This document shows positions 28,390 through 38,208 of a stretch of 64,000 nucleotides of DNA, in pieces. The stretch covers positions 169 through 64,168 of the forward strand of contig CANQDO010000001.1 in assembly GCA_947593355.1 (NCBI GenBank), given 5' to 3'. The notes under the pieces were generated by a model, which saw only the letters and a program-made list of their open reading frames with translations, did no database searches and was not told the origin of the DNA. A program made the position numbers and the translations under genes. Source of the DNA: an uncultured Clostridia bacterium. GTDB taxonomy: Bacteria; Bacillota; Clostridia; TANB77; CAG-508. Position 1 is the first letter of the stretch; the number at the start of each line of letters is the position of its first letter.

Positions 28390-29478
28390 TTGAATAGTAA
28401 AGAATTTACAAAATTAAAAAATAGTATTGCTATAAAAAGTACAATAAAAATAATAATATACTCCGTTATTGCTATGCTAATATTTTTACTTATAGTTGAT
28501 GTAATTTTTCAAGATGAAATAGCTTCGATGGTGTACAAGATGAGTGCACAATTATATTATTTCTTTGTAGGAAATAAAGGGTTAGTGTTTATTTTAACAT
28601 ATTTATTGATATTTGCAATAACTACATTTATTGTAATACAAAATATGAATAATTATATGGTAAAAATAATGGAATCTGTAGATAGTATTTTGAAAAATCC
28701 TGAAAAAGAAATAAGTCTTCCAAGCGATTTAGCTATTTTAGAAAATAAGCTTAATACTATAAGAATTGATTTAATAAGAAATAAAAACATTGCAAACGAA
28801 GCAATACAAAAAAAAGATGACTTAATAATGTATATGGCACACGATTTAAAAACACCTCTTACCTCAATAATAGGATATTTAACATTACTTACTCAAGAAA
28901 AAGAAATTTCACAAAATTTAAAGGAAAAATATATGAATATAGCATTAGATAAATCTTTAAGAGTAGAGGAACTTATAAATGAATTTTTTGAAATAACAAG
29001 ATATAATTTGCAAGATATGCCAATAAATAAAAAGAAAATAGATTTATCATTTTTAATAGATCAATTAGTAGATGAATGTTATCCAATGCTACAAGAAAAA
29101 AATCTAAAATGTGTGGTAAATAAGAGTGCACATATTTACTTTTTAGGTGATGGAGATAAACTGGCAAGAGCATTTGAAAATCTTTTAAAAAATGCTATTA
29201 ACTATAGTTATGAAAATACAGAAATATTAATCAACATGGAAGAAAAAGATAATGATATAAAAATTAGTTTTAAAAACAAGGGAGATAAAATACCTAAATA
29301 TAAGTTAGATAAAATATTTGATAAATTCTATAGAGTAGATGAATCAAGAAGTACGAAAACAGGAGGAACAGGTTTAGGACTTGCTATAACTAAAGAAATA
29401 ATAGAACTACATAGTGGAACAATAGTAGCTAAAAATGATGATGATTTTATAGAATTTTGCATTGAATTACACAAATAA
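28390..29478 (+). CDS. sensor histidine kinase (VanS-like), TTG start
   Basis: Two TM helices, H-box MAHDLKTPLTSIIGY, and an HATPase region (GGTGLGL). Confidence 0.85.
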   Translation: MNSKEFTKLKNSIAIKSTIKIIIYSVIAMLIFLLIVDVIFQDEIASMVYKMSAQLYYFFVGNKGLVFILTYLLIFAITTFIVIQNMNNYMVKIMESVDSILKNPEKEISLPSDLAILENKLNTIRIDLIRNKNIANEAIQKKDDLIMYMAHDLKTPLTSIIGYLTLLTQEKEISQNLKEKYMNIALDKSLRVEELINEFFEITRYNLQDMPINKKKIDLSFLIDQLVDECYPMLQEKNLKCVVNKSAHIYFLGDGDKLARAFENLLKNAINYSYENTEILINMEEKDNDIKISFKNKGDKIPKYKLDKIFDKFYRVDESRSTKTGGTGLGLAITKEIIELHSGTIVAKNDDDFIEFCIELHK

Positions 29479-29553
29479 AAAGCAGGAGCATTTCTTGCTT
29501 TTTTTAATGAGATATGGTATGTTTTTATTATTAAGAAAGGAATGGTAATTAAT

Positions 29554-30123
29554 ATGAATAGAGAAGATGCAATTAGTTTATTAAAAAAGTATAATAAAGA
29601 GGAGTTTCACTTATTACATGCATTAACAGTAGAAGGAGTAATGAAATATTTTGCAAGAGAATTAGGGGAAGACGAAGAATATTGGGGAATAGTAGGACTT
29701 TTGCATGATGTAGATTTTGAACAATATCCAGAAGAACATTGCAAGAAGGCACCGGAACTATTAAAAGAAATAAATGCTCCAGACGAAATGATTTATAGTA
29801 TTTGCTCACATGGATATGGCATATGTTCAGATTTAGAGCCAAAACATCAGATGGAGAAAATTCTATTTGCAACAGATGAATTAACAGGTTTAATATGGGC
29901 TGCTGCAAAAATGAGACCATCAAAAAGTACAAAGGATATGGAAGTTTCTAGTTTGAAAAAGAAATTTAAAGATAAAAAATTTGCAGCAGGCTGTTCAAGA
30001 GATGTTATAAAACAAGGAGCAGAAATGTTAGGCTGGGATTTAGATAAACTTTTTGAAGAAACTATTTTAGCTATGAGAGATTGTGAAGATGATGTGAAAG
30101 AAAAATTAGAAATGATAAAATAA
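29554..30123 (+). CDS. HD-domain phosphohydrolase
   Basis: LHDVDFEQYPEEH... is an HD motif. Confidence 0.6.
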   Translation: MNREDAISLLKKYNKEEFHLLHALTVEGVMKYFARELGEDEEYWGIVGLLHDVDFEQYPEEHCKKAPELLKEINAPDEMIYSICSHGYGICSDLEPKHQMEKILFATDELTGLIWAAAKMRPSKSTKDMEVSSLKKKFKDKKFAAGCSRDVIKQGAEMLGWDLDKLFEETILAMRDCEDDVKEKLEMIK

Positions 30124-30126
30124 AAT

Positions 30127-30155
30127 CTTGACATCACAAAACGAATGTTCTATAC
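30127..30155 (+). promoter_or_regulatory. sigma-A promoter: TTGACA, 17-bp spacer, TATACT
   Basis: Read directly from the sequence, 30 bp upstream of the ORF6N gene. Confidence 0.55.
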
Positions 30156-30184
30156 TATATATGCAGTGAAAAGGATGTGATAAT

Positions 30185-31108
30185 ATGGAAAAAGAAAATA
30201 GTATCGCACCAATAAACGAAAAATTAGATATAGAAAATAATGTAGTAAATTATGAAACAGAAAATATCAAAAATTTAATTTATAACATAAGAGGAAAACA
30301 AGTAATGTTAGATAGTGATGTGGCAATGTTGTATCATTATGATACAAAAAGAATAAATGAAACTGTAAAAAGGAATATTGAGAGATTTCCAGAAGAATTT
30401 TGTTTTCAATTATCCAATAAAGAGTATGACGTTTTGAAGTCGCAAATTGCGACTTCAAAAATCCGTGGTGGAAAACAAAAAATTCCATATGTTTTCACAG
30501 AAAAAGGAATTTTAATGCTTTCAGGAATATTAAAAAATAAAATAGCAATAGAAGTAAGTATAAAAATTGTAGAAGCTTTTGTTGAAATGAGAAAATTCAT
30601 ATCATCAAATGGACAAGTATTTGAAAGATTAACAAATGTTGAATATAAATTACTAGAACAAGATAAAAAATTTGACATTATTTTTGACGAATTACAAAAA
30701 GATAAACAAGAAGAATTTAAACAAAAAATATTTTTTGATGGACAAATTTATGATGCATATAGTTTAATTGTAGACATTATAAAAACTGCACAAAATAAAA
30801 TTTTAATAATAGATAATTACATAGACGATAGTATTTTAAAAATGTTAGTAAAGAAGAATAAAGATGTAGAAGTAGTAATTTTAACATCACAAAATAGTAA
30901 CATAAGAAAAATAGACATTCAAAAATTTAACACGCAATATCCTACTTTAAAATTAGCCTATACCAATAAATTTCACGATAGATTTATGATAATTGATAAT
31001 AAAGAGTTATATCATATTGGGGCATCACTGAAAGATGTAGGCAAGAAATGTTTTGCAATTTCTAAAATACAAGATGAGGAATATATAGAGAAAATAAACA
31101 ATAAGTAA
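30185..31108 (+). CDS. ORF6N-domain (phage antirepressor/KilA-like DNA-binding) protein with a PLD-like (HxK-type, here HDR) C-terminal half
   Basis: ORF6N signature IYNIRGKQVMLDSDVAMLY...FPEEFCFQLSNKEYDVL. The C-terminus KILIIDNYIDD...FHDRFMIIDNKELYHIGASLKD resembles a degenerate HKD motif. Confidence 0.65.
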   Translation: MEKENSIAPINEKLDIENNVVNYETENIKNLIYNIRGKQVMLDSDVAMLYHYDTKRINETVKRNIERFPEEFCFQLSNKEYDVLKSQIATSKIRGGKQKIPYVFTEKGILMLSGILKNKIAIEVSIKIVEAFVEMRKFISSNGQVFERLTNVEYKLLEQDKKFDIIFDELQKDKQEEFKQKIFFDGQIYDAYSLIVDIIKTAQNKILIIDNYIDDSILKMLVKKNKDVEVVILTSQNSNIRKIDIQKFNTQYPTLKLAYTNKFHDRFMIIDNKELYHIGASLKDVGKKCFAISKIQDEEYIEKINNK

Positions 31109-31146
31109 AAAGAATGTAATAATATGAAAAAATGAGTTACATGAAA

Positions 31147-31493
31147 TGTGGTTCCAATTTGGAACTACATTTTAAAAATATAGAACAGAAAGGGCTTGTA
31201 CAGAACAAACAGTTTCTATTATCCAAACAGGAAACTTGAGGTTGCAATTTGCAACCTCAAGTATGAAGAAAGAGATATTTACCATATGTATTTATAGAAC
31301 AATGGGTTCACTAAAAAATTGACCTTAAGTTTATATAGATGAATTCAATCTTTTAAGGTGCCAAATTGTCACCTTAAAGAATAATAAAAGAGAGTAACAT
31401 AAAAAGCATTTACCATCTTTAAAGTTGCAATTTGTGACCTTAAACAAAAAATATAAAATTTTGATGTGGTCACAAATTGTGACCACATCAAAA
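31147..31493. repeat. cluster of five 23-35-bp palindromes, each with inner core GTNNC-AAATT-GNNAC and variable outer arms
   Basis: P1 31147-31169, P2 31234-31262 (perfect 12-bp arms), P3 31350-31379, P4 31417-31445 (imperfect), P5 31459-31493 (perfect 15-bp arms). A sixth copy lies inside the ORF6N CDS at 30431-30459. Confidence 0.8.
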
Positions 31494-31541
31494 TTAGAAG
31501 ATTATATCTCAATTTTAGGTTGATACCTCTCAAGCCACATA

Positions 31542-33356
31542 TTAACTTGGCAAAGGTAAGCCATAAGTTGTGGACCTGTCATAAGTTGGCCGGAACCATG
31601 GTCTAGTAAAAGCTGTGCCATCAGTTTCTATAATTTGCAAAATGTAATCTCTATTAAGTAAATTATTAATAGGGGCGTTTTTATTTTGCATAATTTCAGT
31701 AAGCATTTGCTTAACAGTTGCCAAATAAGTAGGATTCCAAGTTTTAGGATAAGGGCTCTTTTTTCTATCTACAATTTCTGAAGGAAGAGCGTTCCTCATC
31801 ACATAACGAAGAAGACCTTTTTCCCTGCCATTTAAGGCTTTCATTTCCCATGGAATATTCCATACATATTCAGCGAGCCTATAATCGCAGAAAGGAACTC
31901 TTAATTCAAAGCCGTTATACATAGCCATTCTATCACTTCGGTCAAGGAGTGTTTGCATAAACCAGTTTAGAGTCAAATGCGAAATTTTTCTTTTTTCAGC
32001 AGTTTCTTCACTATCAGTTTTCAAAATTTCTACATCATCTAAACTTTCATTATATCGATAATCTATATAAGATTTTAAATCAATTTTCTTGCTAATTTCT
32101 GGATTTAATAAATTTTGTCTTTCTGAAATAGCAATAGACCATGGGAAGGTTCCTGAATTCAAAGCATCTTCTCTAAAAAACCATGGATAGCCACCAAATA
32201 TTTCATCAGCACATTCGCCAGTTAATGAAACCGTTGCATATTGTTTTACATTTTTGCAGAATAATAATAAAGAAGAATCTACATCTGCCATACCTGGAAA
32301 ATCACGAGCAATCATCGCATCTTCTAAAGCTTTAGCAAGTTCTGGTGTATCTAAAACAATGCTTTTATGGTTTGTATGCAGTTTATTAATCATTAAATTT
32401 ATATAATAATTATCTGAATTTGGCTGAAAATCTGTTTTTTTAAAGTTTTTATCATTATCAACATAGTCTACAGAAAAAGTATTTAAAGGAGGTAAACCAT
32501 GCTCCTTACAATAATTTGAGGCGTATAAAGTTATAATGCTTGAGTCTAAACCGCCAGATAAAAATGTGCAAAGTGGAACATCTGAAACAAGTTGCCTTTT
32601 AATAGAATCTTCTAATAAAAATTGAACAGTTTCACAAGTTTTTCCTAAACTATCTTGATGAGGTCTACTTACCAATTTCCAATACCTTTCAGTATGAAGT
32701 CCAGAAGAATTATATATTCCAAAATGAGCTGGTTTTAATTCAAAAATATCTTTAAATAAACCATTTCCAGGGGTATGACAAGGTCCTATTCCAAATAGTT
32801 CACCAAGTCCTTCTGAATCAATTTTTGCTTCTACATGAGGAAAACTCAAAATAGATTTTATTTCAGAAGCAATTATAAAAAAATCATCTTGTTGATGATA
32901 ATATAAAGGCTTAATGCCAAAATGATCCCTTGCAATAAATAATTCTTGATTATTTTCGTCCCATATTGCAAAAGCAAAAATGCCATTTAATTTATGAACT
33001 ACATCATATTTCCAATGTATGTAGGATTTTAACAATACTTCTGTATCAGAATGACCATTAAAAGTAAAACCGGCGCTTGCAAGTTCTTTTCTTAATTCAT
33101 CAGTATTATATAATTGACCATTGTATATAATTGTATATTTGTTGCCGTAATAGCTAAAGCTCATAGGTTGTTTTCCTCCATTTGGGTCAACAACAATAAG
33201 TCTGCTGTGTGCTAAACAAGCGTGATTAGTAATATAAGTTCCATTTTCATCAGGTCCTCTTTGCTTTAGGCAATTATTCATATTCGTTAAAATATTTTTA
33301 TAATTTTCATTTGAAATTTCTTGTTTTAAATTAACAAAACCAACAATACCACACAT
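31542..33356 (-). CDS. asnB: asparagine synthetase B (glutamine-hydrolysing)
   Basis: The true N-terminus MCGIVGF is a class-II amidotransferase Cys2. SGGLDSS PP-loop. AGGAG RBS upstream of ATG 33356; the track start at 33404 was rejected. Confidence 0.9.
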   Translation of the reverse strand: MCGIVGFVNLKQEISNENYKNILTNMNNCLKQRGPDENGTYITNHACLAHSRLIVVDPNGGKQPMSFSYYGNKYTIIYNGQLYNTDELRKELASAGFTFNGHSDTEVLLKSYIHWKYDVVHKLNGIFAFAIWDENNQELFIARDHFGIKPLYYHQQDDFFIIASEIKSILSFPHVEAKIDSEGLGELFGIGPCHTPGNGLFKDIFELKPAHFGIYNSSGLHTERYWKLVSRPHQDSLGKTCETVQFLLEDSIKRQLVSDVPLCTFLSGGLDSSIITLYASNYCKEHGLPPLNTFSVDYVDNDKNFKKTDFQPNSDNYYINLMINKLHTNHKSIVLDTPELAKALEDAMIARDFPGMADVDSSLLLFCKNVKQYATVSLTGECADEIFGGYPWFFREDALNSGTFPWSIAISERQNLLNPEISKKIDLKSYIDYRYNESLDDVEILKTDSEETAEKRKISHLTLNWFMQTLLDRSDRMAMYNGFELRVPFCDYRLAEYVWNIPWEMKALNGREKGLLRYVMRNALPSEIVDRKKSPYPKTWNPTYLATVKQMLTEIMQNKNAPINNLLNRDYILQIIETDGTAFTRPWFRPTYDRSTTYGLPLPS

Positions 33357-33483
33357 AATAAACTCCTTTTCTATAATATATGATAGTATATGCAAAATAC
33401 CCAAAAAGGTTGCATAAATTTGTACAAATGAAAAAAATATAGGTAGAGCAAGTTTGCTCCACCTACATAAACATCATAAAGAA

Positions 33484-33720
33484 TTAAAAATTAAATTTTC
33501 TCGGATAATAAATAATATCTCCGTTATAGCTGTATTCCAAGCATAAAATTTCGCCATCAAGATAAATAAAGCATACGGATTCAACACCGGGACCTAATCT
33601 TAAAAATGGGGTCCCATTAACAAATGAATATTTGATTTCTGGATGTTCATTTAAAAAAACTTCAAAATTTCCTTCATCGATTCTAATAGCTTTTTCAATA
33701 ACTCTACCCACTGGGACCAC
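33484..33720 (-). CDS. small hypothetical protein (GTG start), followed by a terminator hairpin
   Basis: 78 aa. The downstream hairpin AGGTGGAGCAA/TTGCTCTACCT plus a T run supports expression. The RBS is weak. Confidence 0.35.
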   Translation of the reverse strand: MVPVGRVIEKAIRIDEGNFEVFLNEHPEIKYSFVNGTPFLRLGPGVESVCFIYLDGEILCLEYSYNGDIIYYPRKFNF

Positions 33721-33882
33721 CTCGCTTTACATGTTTTTATAATAAGTTATGTTTGAATTTATATCACTAATATGAAAAAAAATCAATAATTGTAATAAAA
33801 ATTTAATAAGACATCAAGAAAAAGGTTAAAAATAGCTTTTTAAAGTATTTCAAGTGAAATGAAATTCTTTCGCTTTAACTAT

Positions 33883-33911
33883 TGACAACTTCAAGAAATC
33901 TAGGTATAATA
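33883..33911 (+). promoter_or_regulatory. perfect consensus sigma-A promoter: TTGACA, 17-bp spacer, TATAAT
   Basis: Read directly, 70 bp upstream of rpmF. Confidence 0.7.
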
Positions 33912-33982
33912 TTATAGTAACTTTAAAATATGTAAATTATGTAAAATATATACAAGTAGCTAATTACGAGGGGGGAATAAAA

Positions 33983-34165
33983 ATGGCACAACCAAAAAGA
34001 AGATGGTCAAAAGCAAGAACAGCTTTAAAAAGATCAACATGGAAATTAGAAAATAAAAACTTAGTAGCATGTCCACATTGTCATGAAATGATGATGCAAC
34101 ACAGAGTATGCCCAAACTGTGGTTATTACAATGGAAAAGAAGTAGTTTCTAAAAAAGAAGATTAA
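33983..34165 (+). CDS. rpmF: 50S ribosomal protein L32
   Basis: MAQPKRRWSKARTALKRS...CPHC...CPNCGYYNGKEV zinc ribbon. GGGGG RBS. Confidence 0.9.
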   Translation: MAQPKRRWSKARTALKRSTWKLENKNLVACPHCHEMMMQHRVCPNCGYYNGKEVVSKKED

Positions 34166-34176
34166 TAAAAAGAGGT

Positions 34177-34203
34177 AACAGCATGAAAGCTGTTATTTTT
34201 TTG
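34177..34203 (+). terminator. rho-independent terminator
   Basis: AACAGC/GCTGTT stem followed by T8. Confidence 0.6.
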
Positions 34204-34285
34204 CTTGTTAAATAATTGTGTAATAAAATTTATTGTATAAAATAAATTTTAATGGTACAATGTTTTACATATAAGGAGACTAACT

Positions 34286-36049
34286 ATGAAAAATTGGGTA
34301 CAAAAGTTAAGAGATAGTAATTGGACATATATTGTAATTATTTTAATTGTAGGCTTAATTATTGGATTACCATTATTACAAACTAATATTAGAAATACTC
34401 ATGATGGTTTTATTCATTTTTTAAGATTAATAGGCACTGACGATGCACTTAAAATGGCACAAATTCCACCAATAATATCATCTGAATATTGTAATGGAAT
34501 GGGGTATGCAATAAACTTATTTTATCCTGCACTTACTTGCTACTTGCCATTAATAATAAAAATATTTACACCAACATATACGCTAGCGTTAAAAATATTT
34601 GGAATAATATGTATTATTTTATCTGGATTTACAATGTATAAATTTGTAAATGAAGTAACTAAAAAGAAAGTAGTTGCCTTATTTGCAGCAATATTATATA
34701 TAGTAGCACCATATAAGCTTGCAAACGTATATATAAGGTATGCAATAGGCGAATTTATGGCAGCAGTATTTATTCCGCTAGTATTTTTAGGACTGTATAA
34801 TTTGTTTAATAGTGATGGAAAAAAACATTACTATATAACTATTGGTGCTGCAGGCTTAATATTGTCACATACAGTATCAACATTATATGTAGCAATATTT
34901 TGCGCTATATACGTGTTATTTTTTATAAAGAAATTAAAAGAAAAAGAAATTTTAAAAAAGTGTGCAATAAATATAGTTTTTATAATACTTATATCTGCAA
35001 TGTTTGTATTTCTAATGTTAGAGGCTTCAAGTAAGGCAAAATATGGCATTATGGATAATGATATTATGAGAACTACTAATGAATTTACATCTAAAAATAC
35101 ATTACAGTTTTCTCAATTTATAAAAGACATTGAGGAAGAAGACGGAACTACTTTTGTTATAGGAATACCAATGCTTTTATTAACAATAGTAAGTATTTAT
35201 GGTGTATATAAAGTAGATAAAAAGTATAAAGATACATATATAATATTTTTTATATTTTCAATGATTTCTATAATAATGTGTACGAGATTTTTCCCATGGA
35301 AATATGTACCTAGCATACTTTGCAAATTGCAATATCCATGGAGAATGTTGGGATTTTTCATATTTTTTGCATCACTTTTAAGTGCAATAAATTTGCAATG
35401 GATAATAGAAAAGGTTTGCAAAAAGGGAAATGTGCAGATGGGAGTTTCAGTAATTGCAATTATAGTAATTACAGTATTTGGACTTCAAACTATAAATGGT
35501 TTTATACAAAGAGATATACAAAAGTCTGAACAAAAATATACATTGCAGGGCTACCCTAGAGAAGTAAGTGTAGATGAAGAGTATGAAAAAAGTATTATGA
35601 ATAATAAAAAAATAAGTCATATGCAAATAAATAGAGAATATCTTCCAGTAAAAGCACTTTTATTGCAAGACACATATATGAAAGAAAGAGAGGATAAAAT
35701 TTATATTTTATCTGGAAGTGCAAACATAAATAATGAACAGAAAGAGGAATATAAATTGACAGCACAGTTAGAAAATATAGAAGAAAACACAGTTTTAGAA
35801 CTGCCATATATATACTACCCAGGGTATAAAATAACTATTGAAAATGGAAATATAATGGAATTGAAAGCTGAAGAATCTGAAAATGGATATTTGCAAACTA
35901 AATTAGAAGGTATAGAAAGTGGAAATATTAAAGTCGAGTATGTAGGAACATTAATAACAAAAATTTCTTATATAATATCAATTCTTTCAATTATGGCATT
36001 TATACTATATGTAGTGATAGAGAAAATTAAAAGCAAGAAATATTTTTAA
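34286..36049 (+). CDS. large polytopic membrane protein, possibly a GT-C-fold glycosyltransferase (PMT/ArnT/YfhO-like)
   Basis: 587 aa with about 12 TM helices and a C-terminal extracytoplasmic domain. The family is not resolved from sequence alone. Confidence 0.5.
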   Translation: MKNWVQKLRDSNWTYIVIILIVGLIIGLPLLQTNIRNTHDGFIHFLRLIGTDDALKMAQIPPIISSEYCNGMGYAINLFYPALTCYLPLIIKIFTPTYTLALKIFGIICIILSGFTMYKFVNEVTKKKVVALFAAILYIVAPYKLANVYIRYAIGEFMAAVFIPLVFLGLYNLFNSDGKKHYYITIGAAGLILSHTVSTLYVAIFCAIYVLFFIKKLKEKEILKKCAINIVFIILISAMFVFLMLEASSKAKYGIMDNDIMRTTNEFTSKNTLQFSQFIKDIEEEDGTTFVIGIPMLLLTIVSIYGVYKVDKKYKDTYIIFFIFSMISIIMCTRFFPWKYVPSILCKLQYPWRMLGFFIFFASLLSAINLQWIIEKVCKKGNVQMGVSVIAIIVITVFGLQTINGFIQRDIQKSEQKYTLQGYPREVSVDEEYEKSIMNNKKISHMQINREYLPVKALLLQDTYMKEREDKIYILSGSANINNEQKEEYKLTAQLENIEENTVLELPYIYYPGYKITIENGNIMELKAEESENGYLQTKLEGIESGNIKVEYVGTLITKISYIISILSIMAFILYVVIEKIKSKKYF

Positions 36050-36134
36050 AGTAATAAAATTGACTTATAATGTTGATTGTTATAAAATAGTATAGAATTT
36101 AAAAAATAACATAGAGTTAGAAAGGAAAAATAAA

Positions 36135-37445
36135 ATGGCAAAACCAACAGTAGCAATAATAGGAAGACCAAATGTAGGAAAATCAACATTTTTTAATTAT
36201 ATAGTTGGAAAAAGAATATCAATAGTTCAAGATGAACCTGGTGTTACAAGAGATAGAATCTATGCGGAAGCTACATGGAGAGGTAAAACGTTCAATTTGA
36301 TAGATACTGGTGGTATTGAACCAGAATCAGAAGATGTTATATTATCTCAAATGAGGGAGCAAGCTAATATTGCAATAGATATTGCAGATGTAATTATATT
36401 TTTAACCGACATAAAACAAGGTGTAACTGAAGCGGATAAAGATATAGCACTAATGCTTAAAAAGTCTAAAAAACCGGTCTTATTAGTATGTAACAAAGCT
36501 GATAATTTTGGCAAAACACCAGATGATATATACGAATTTTATAATTTAGGATTAGGTGATCCATATCCTGTATCTGCAGTAAATGCTTTAGGAATAGGAG
36601 ATATATTAGATGCTATATATGAAAATTTACCAGATTCTGAAGAAGAAGACGAGGAGACAATTATAAAGGTAGCAATAATAGGTAAGCCAAATGTAGGAAA
36701 ATCGTCTTTAGTAAATAAAATACTTGGAGAAAATAGAGTAATTGTAAGTGACATAGCAGGAACTACTAGAGATGCAATAGATTCTGAATTTGAAAATGAA
36801 TTTGGTAAATATGTATTTATTGATACAGCAGGAATTAGAAGAAAGAGCAAAGTAGAAGAAAAAGTAGAAAAGTATAGTGTAATGAGAAGTGTTTTAGCAG
36901 TAGAAAGAGCAGATGTGTGTTTATTAATGATAGATGCTAATGAAGGAGTCACAGAGCAAGATACTAAAATTGCAGGAGAAGCGCATGAGGCAGGCAAGGG
37001 CATAATAATAGTAATAAACAAATGGGATGAATATGAAAAAGATACAAACACTATAGAACAATACAAAAAAGACGTATACAATAAATTATCATATATTTCA
37101 TATGCACCAATAATATTTATATCTGCAAAAACAGGTCAAAGGGTGCAGAAATTATTTGAAATGATAAATATGGTAGCAAATCAAAATGCTATGAGGGTAA
37201 AAACAGCAGTATTAAATGAAGTACTAAATGAGGCAATTTCAATAGTACAGCCACCAACAGATAAAGGAAAAAGGCTAAAAATATTTTACATGACACAAGC
37301 GTCTACAAAACCACCAACATTTGTTGTATTTGTAAATGACAAAAAATTATTTCATTTTTCATACGAGAGGTATTTAGTAAATCAAATTAGAAAAGAGTTT
37401 GGATTAACTGGAACACCAGTTAGAATGATTGTTAGAGAAAAATAA
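36135..37445 (+). CDS. der: ribosome-biogenesis GTPase Der (EngA), tandem GTPase domains plus KH
   Basis: Two G-domains: GRPNVGKST and GKPNVGKSS. Confidence 0.95.
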   Translation: MAKPTVAIIGRPNVGKSTFFNYIVGKRISIVQDEPGVTRDRIYAEATWRGKTFNLIDTGGIEPESEDVILSQMREQANIAIDIADVIIFLTDIKQGVTEADKDIALMLKKSKKPVLLVCNKADNFGKTPDDIYEFYNLGLGDPYPVSAVNALGIGDILDAIYENLPDSEEEDEETIIKVAIIGKPNVGKSSLVNKILGENRVIVSDIAGTTRDAIDSEFENEFGKYVFIDTAGIRRKSKVEEKVEKYSVMRSVLAVERADVCLLMIDANEGVTEQDTKIAGEAHEAGKGIIIVINKWDEYEKDTNTIEQYKKDVYNKLSYISYAPIIFISAKTGQRVQKLFEMINMVANQNAMRVKTAVLNEVLNEAISIVQPPTDKGKRLKIFYMTQASTKPPTFVVFVNDKKLFHFSYERYLVNQIRKEFGLTGTPVRMIVREK

Positions 37446-37457
37446 GGAGGAATACAT

Positions 37458-38108
37458 ATGATAGTAGCATATATAGTAATAGCAATTATAGCTTATTTAA
37501 TAGGAAGTATAAGCTTTTCAGTAATTATTAGTAAAAAAATGGCAGGGTTTGATGTAAGAGAAAAAGGAAGTGGAAATGCAGGTAGTACAAACGTATTAAG
37601 AACAGTTGGAAAAAAAGCCGCTGCAATAACACTTTTATGTGATGTTTTAAAAGGAGTAGTTGCAATTTTAATTGCATACGTTGTAGGTTTGCTTGTACCA
37701 GATATAAATAAATCTTTATTAATACAGTTAGCAGGAATTGCAGTTATATTAGGACATACATTTCCTATATTCTTTAATTTTAAAGGAGGAAAGGGAGTTG
37801 CAACATCTTTAGGTGTTTTATTAATAACAAACTGGAATATAGGTCTTATTTGTTTGGTATTTGCTTTAGTATTAATGATTCTTACAAGAATGGTATCATT
37901 AGGTTCTATAGCAGCTGCTATACTATTTCCAGTATTGGTTATATTTATGCCAGCAGTAGAAGGAAGTGCATATTTAGTACCAGAAGGAAGTTATATTATA
38001 TATGCAATAATATTAGCTATACTTGTAGTATATAACCATAGAGCTAATGTAAAAAGACTTTTAACAGGAACAGAAAATAGGTTAGATTTTAAAAAAATAA
38101 GTAAATAA
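37458..38108 (+). CDS. plsY: glycerol-3-phosphate acyltransferase PlsY
   Basis: Typical PlsY (GSGNAGSTNVLR...FKGGKGVAT). AGGAGG RBS. Confidence 0.9.
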   Translation: MIVAYIVIAIIAYLIGSISFSVIISKKMAGFDVREKGSGNAGSTNVLRTVGKKAAAITLLCDVLKGVVAILIAYVVGLLVPDINKSLLIQLAGIAVILGHTFPIFFNFKGGKGVATSLGVLLITNWNIGLICLVFALVLMILTRMVSLGSIAAAILFPVLVIFMPAVEGSAYLVPEGSYIIYAIILAILVVYNHRANVKRLLTGTENRLDFKKISK

Positions 38109-38208
38109 ATTAGACTTTAAGAATACAGGCAACAGAGCATAATGGTAATTCGATTAATGAGAATTCTGTGAGTATATTTAAATATGAATTTGGAAGGAGA
38201 AAATTACA

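Noticed and set aside
33357-33483. T-box or riboswitch leader upstream of asnB.
   Set aside because: The leader is only about 127 bp, and a terminator for the upstream small ORF occupies it. This is too short for a T-box, and I saw no specifier or T-box motif.
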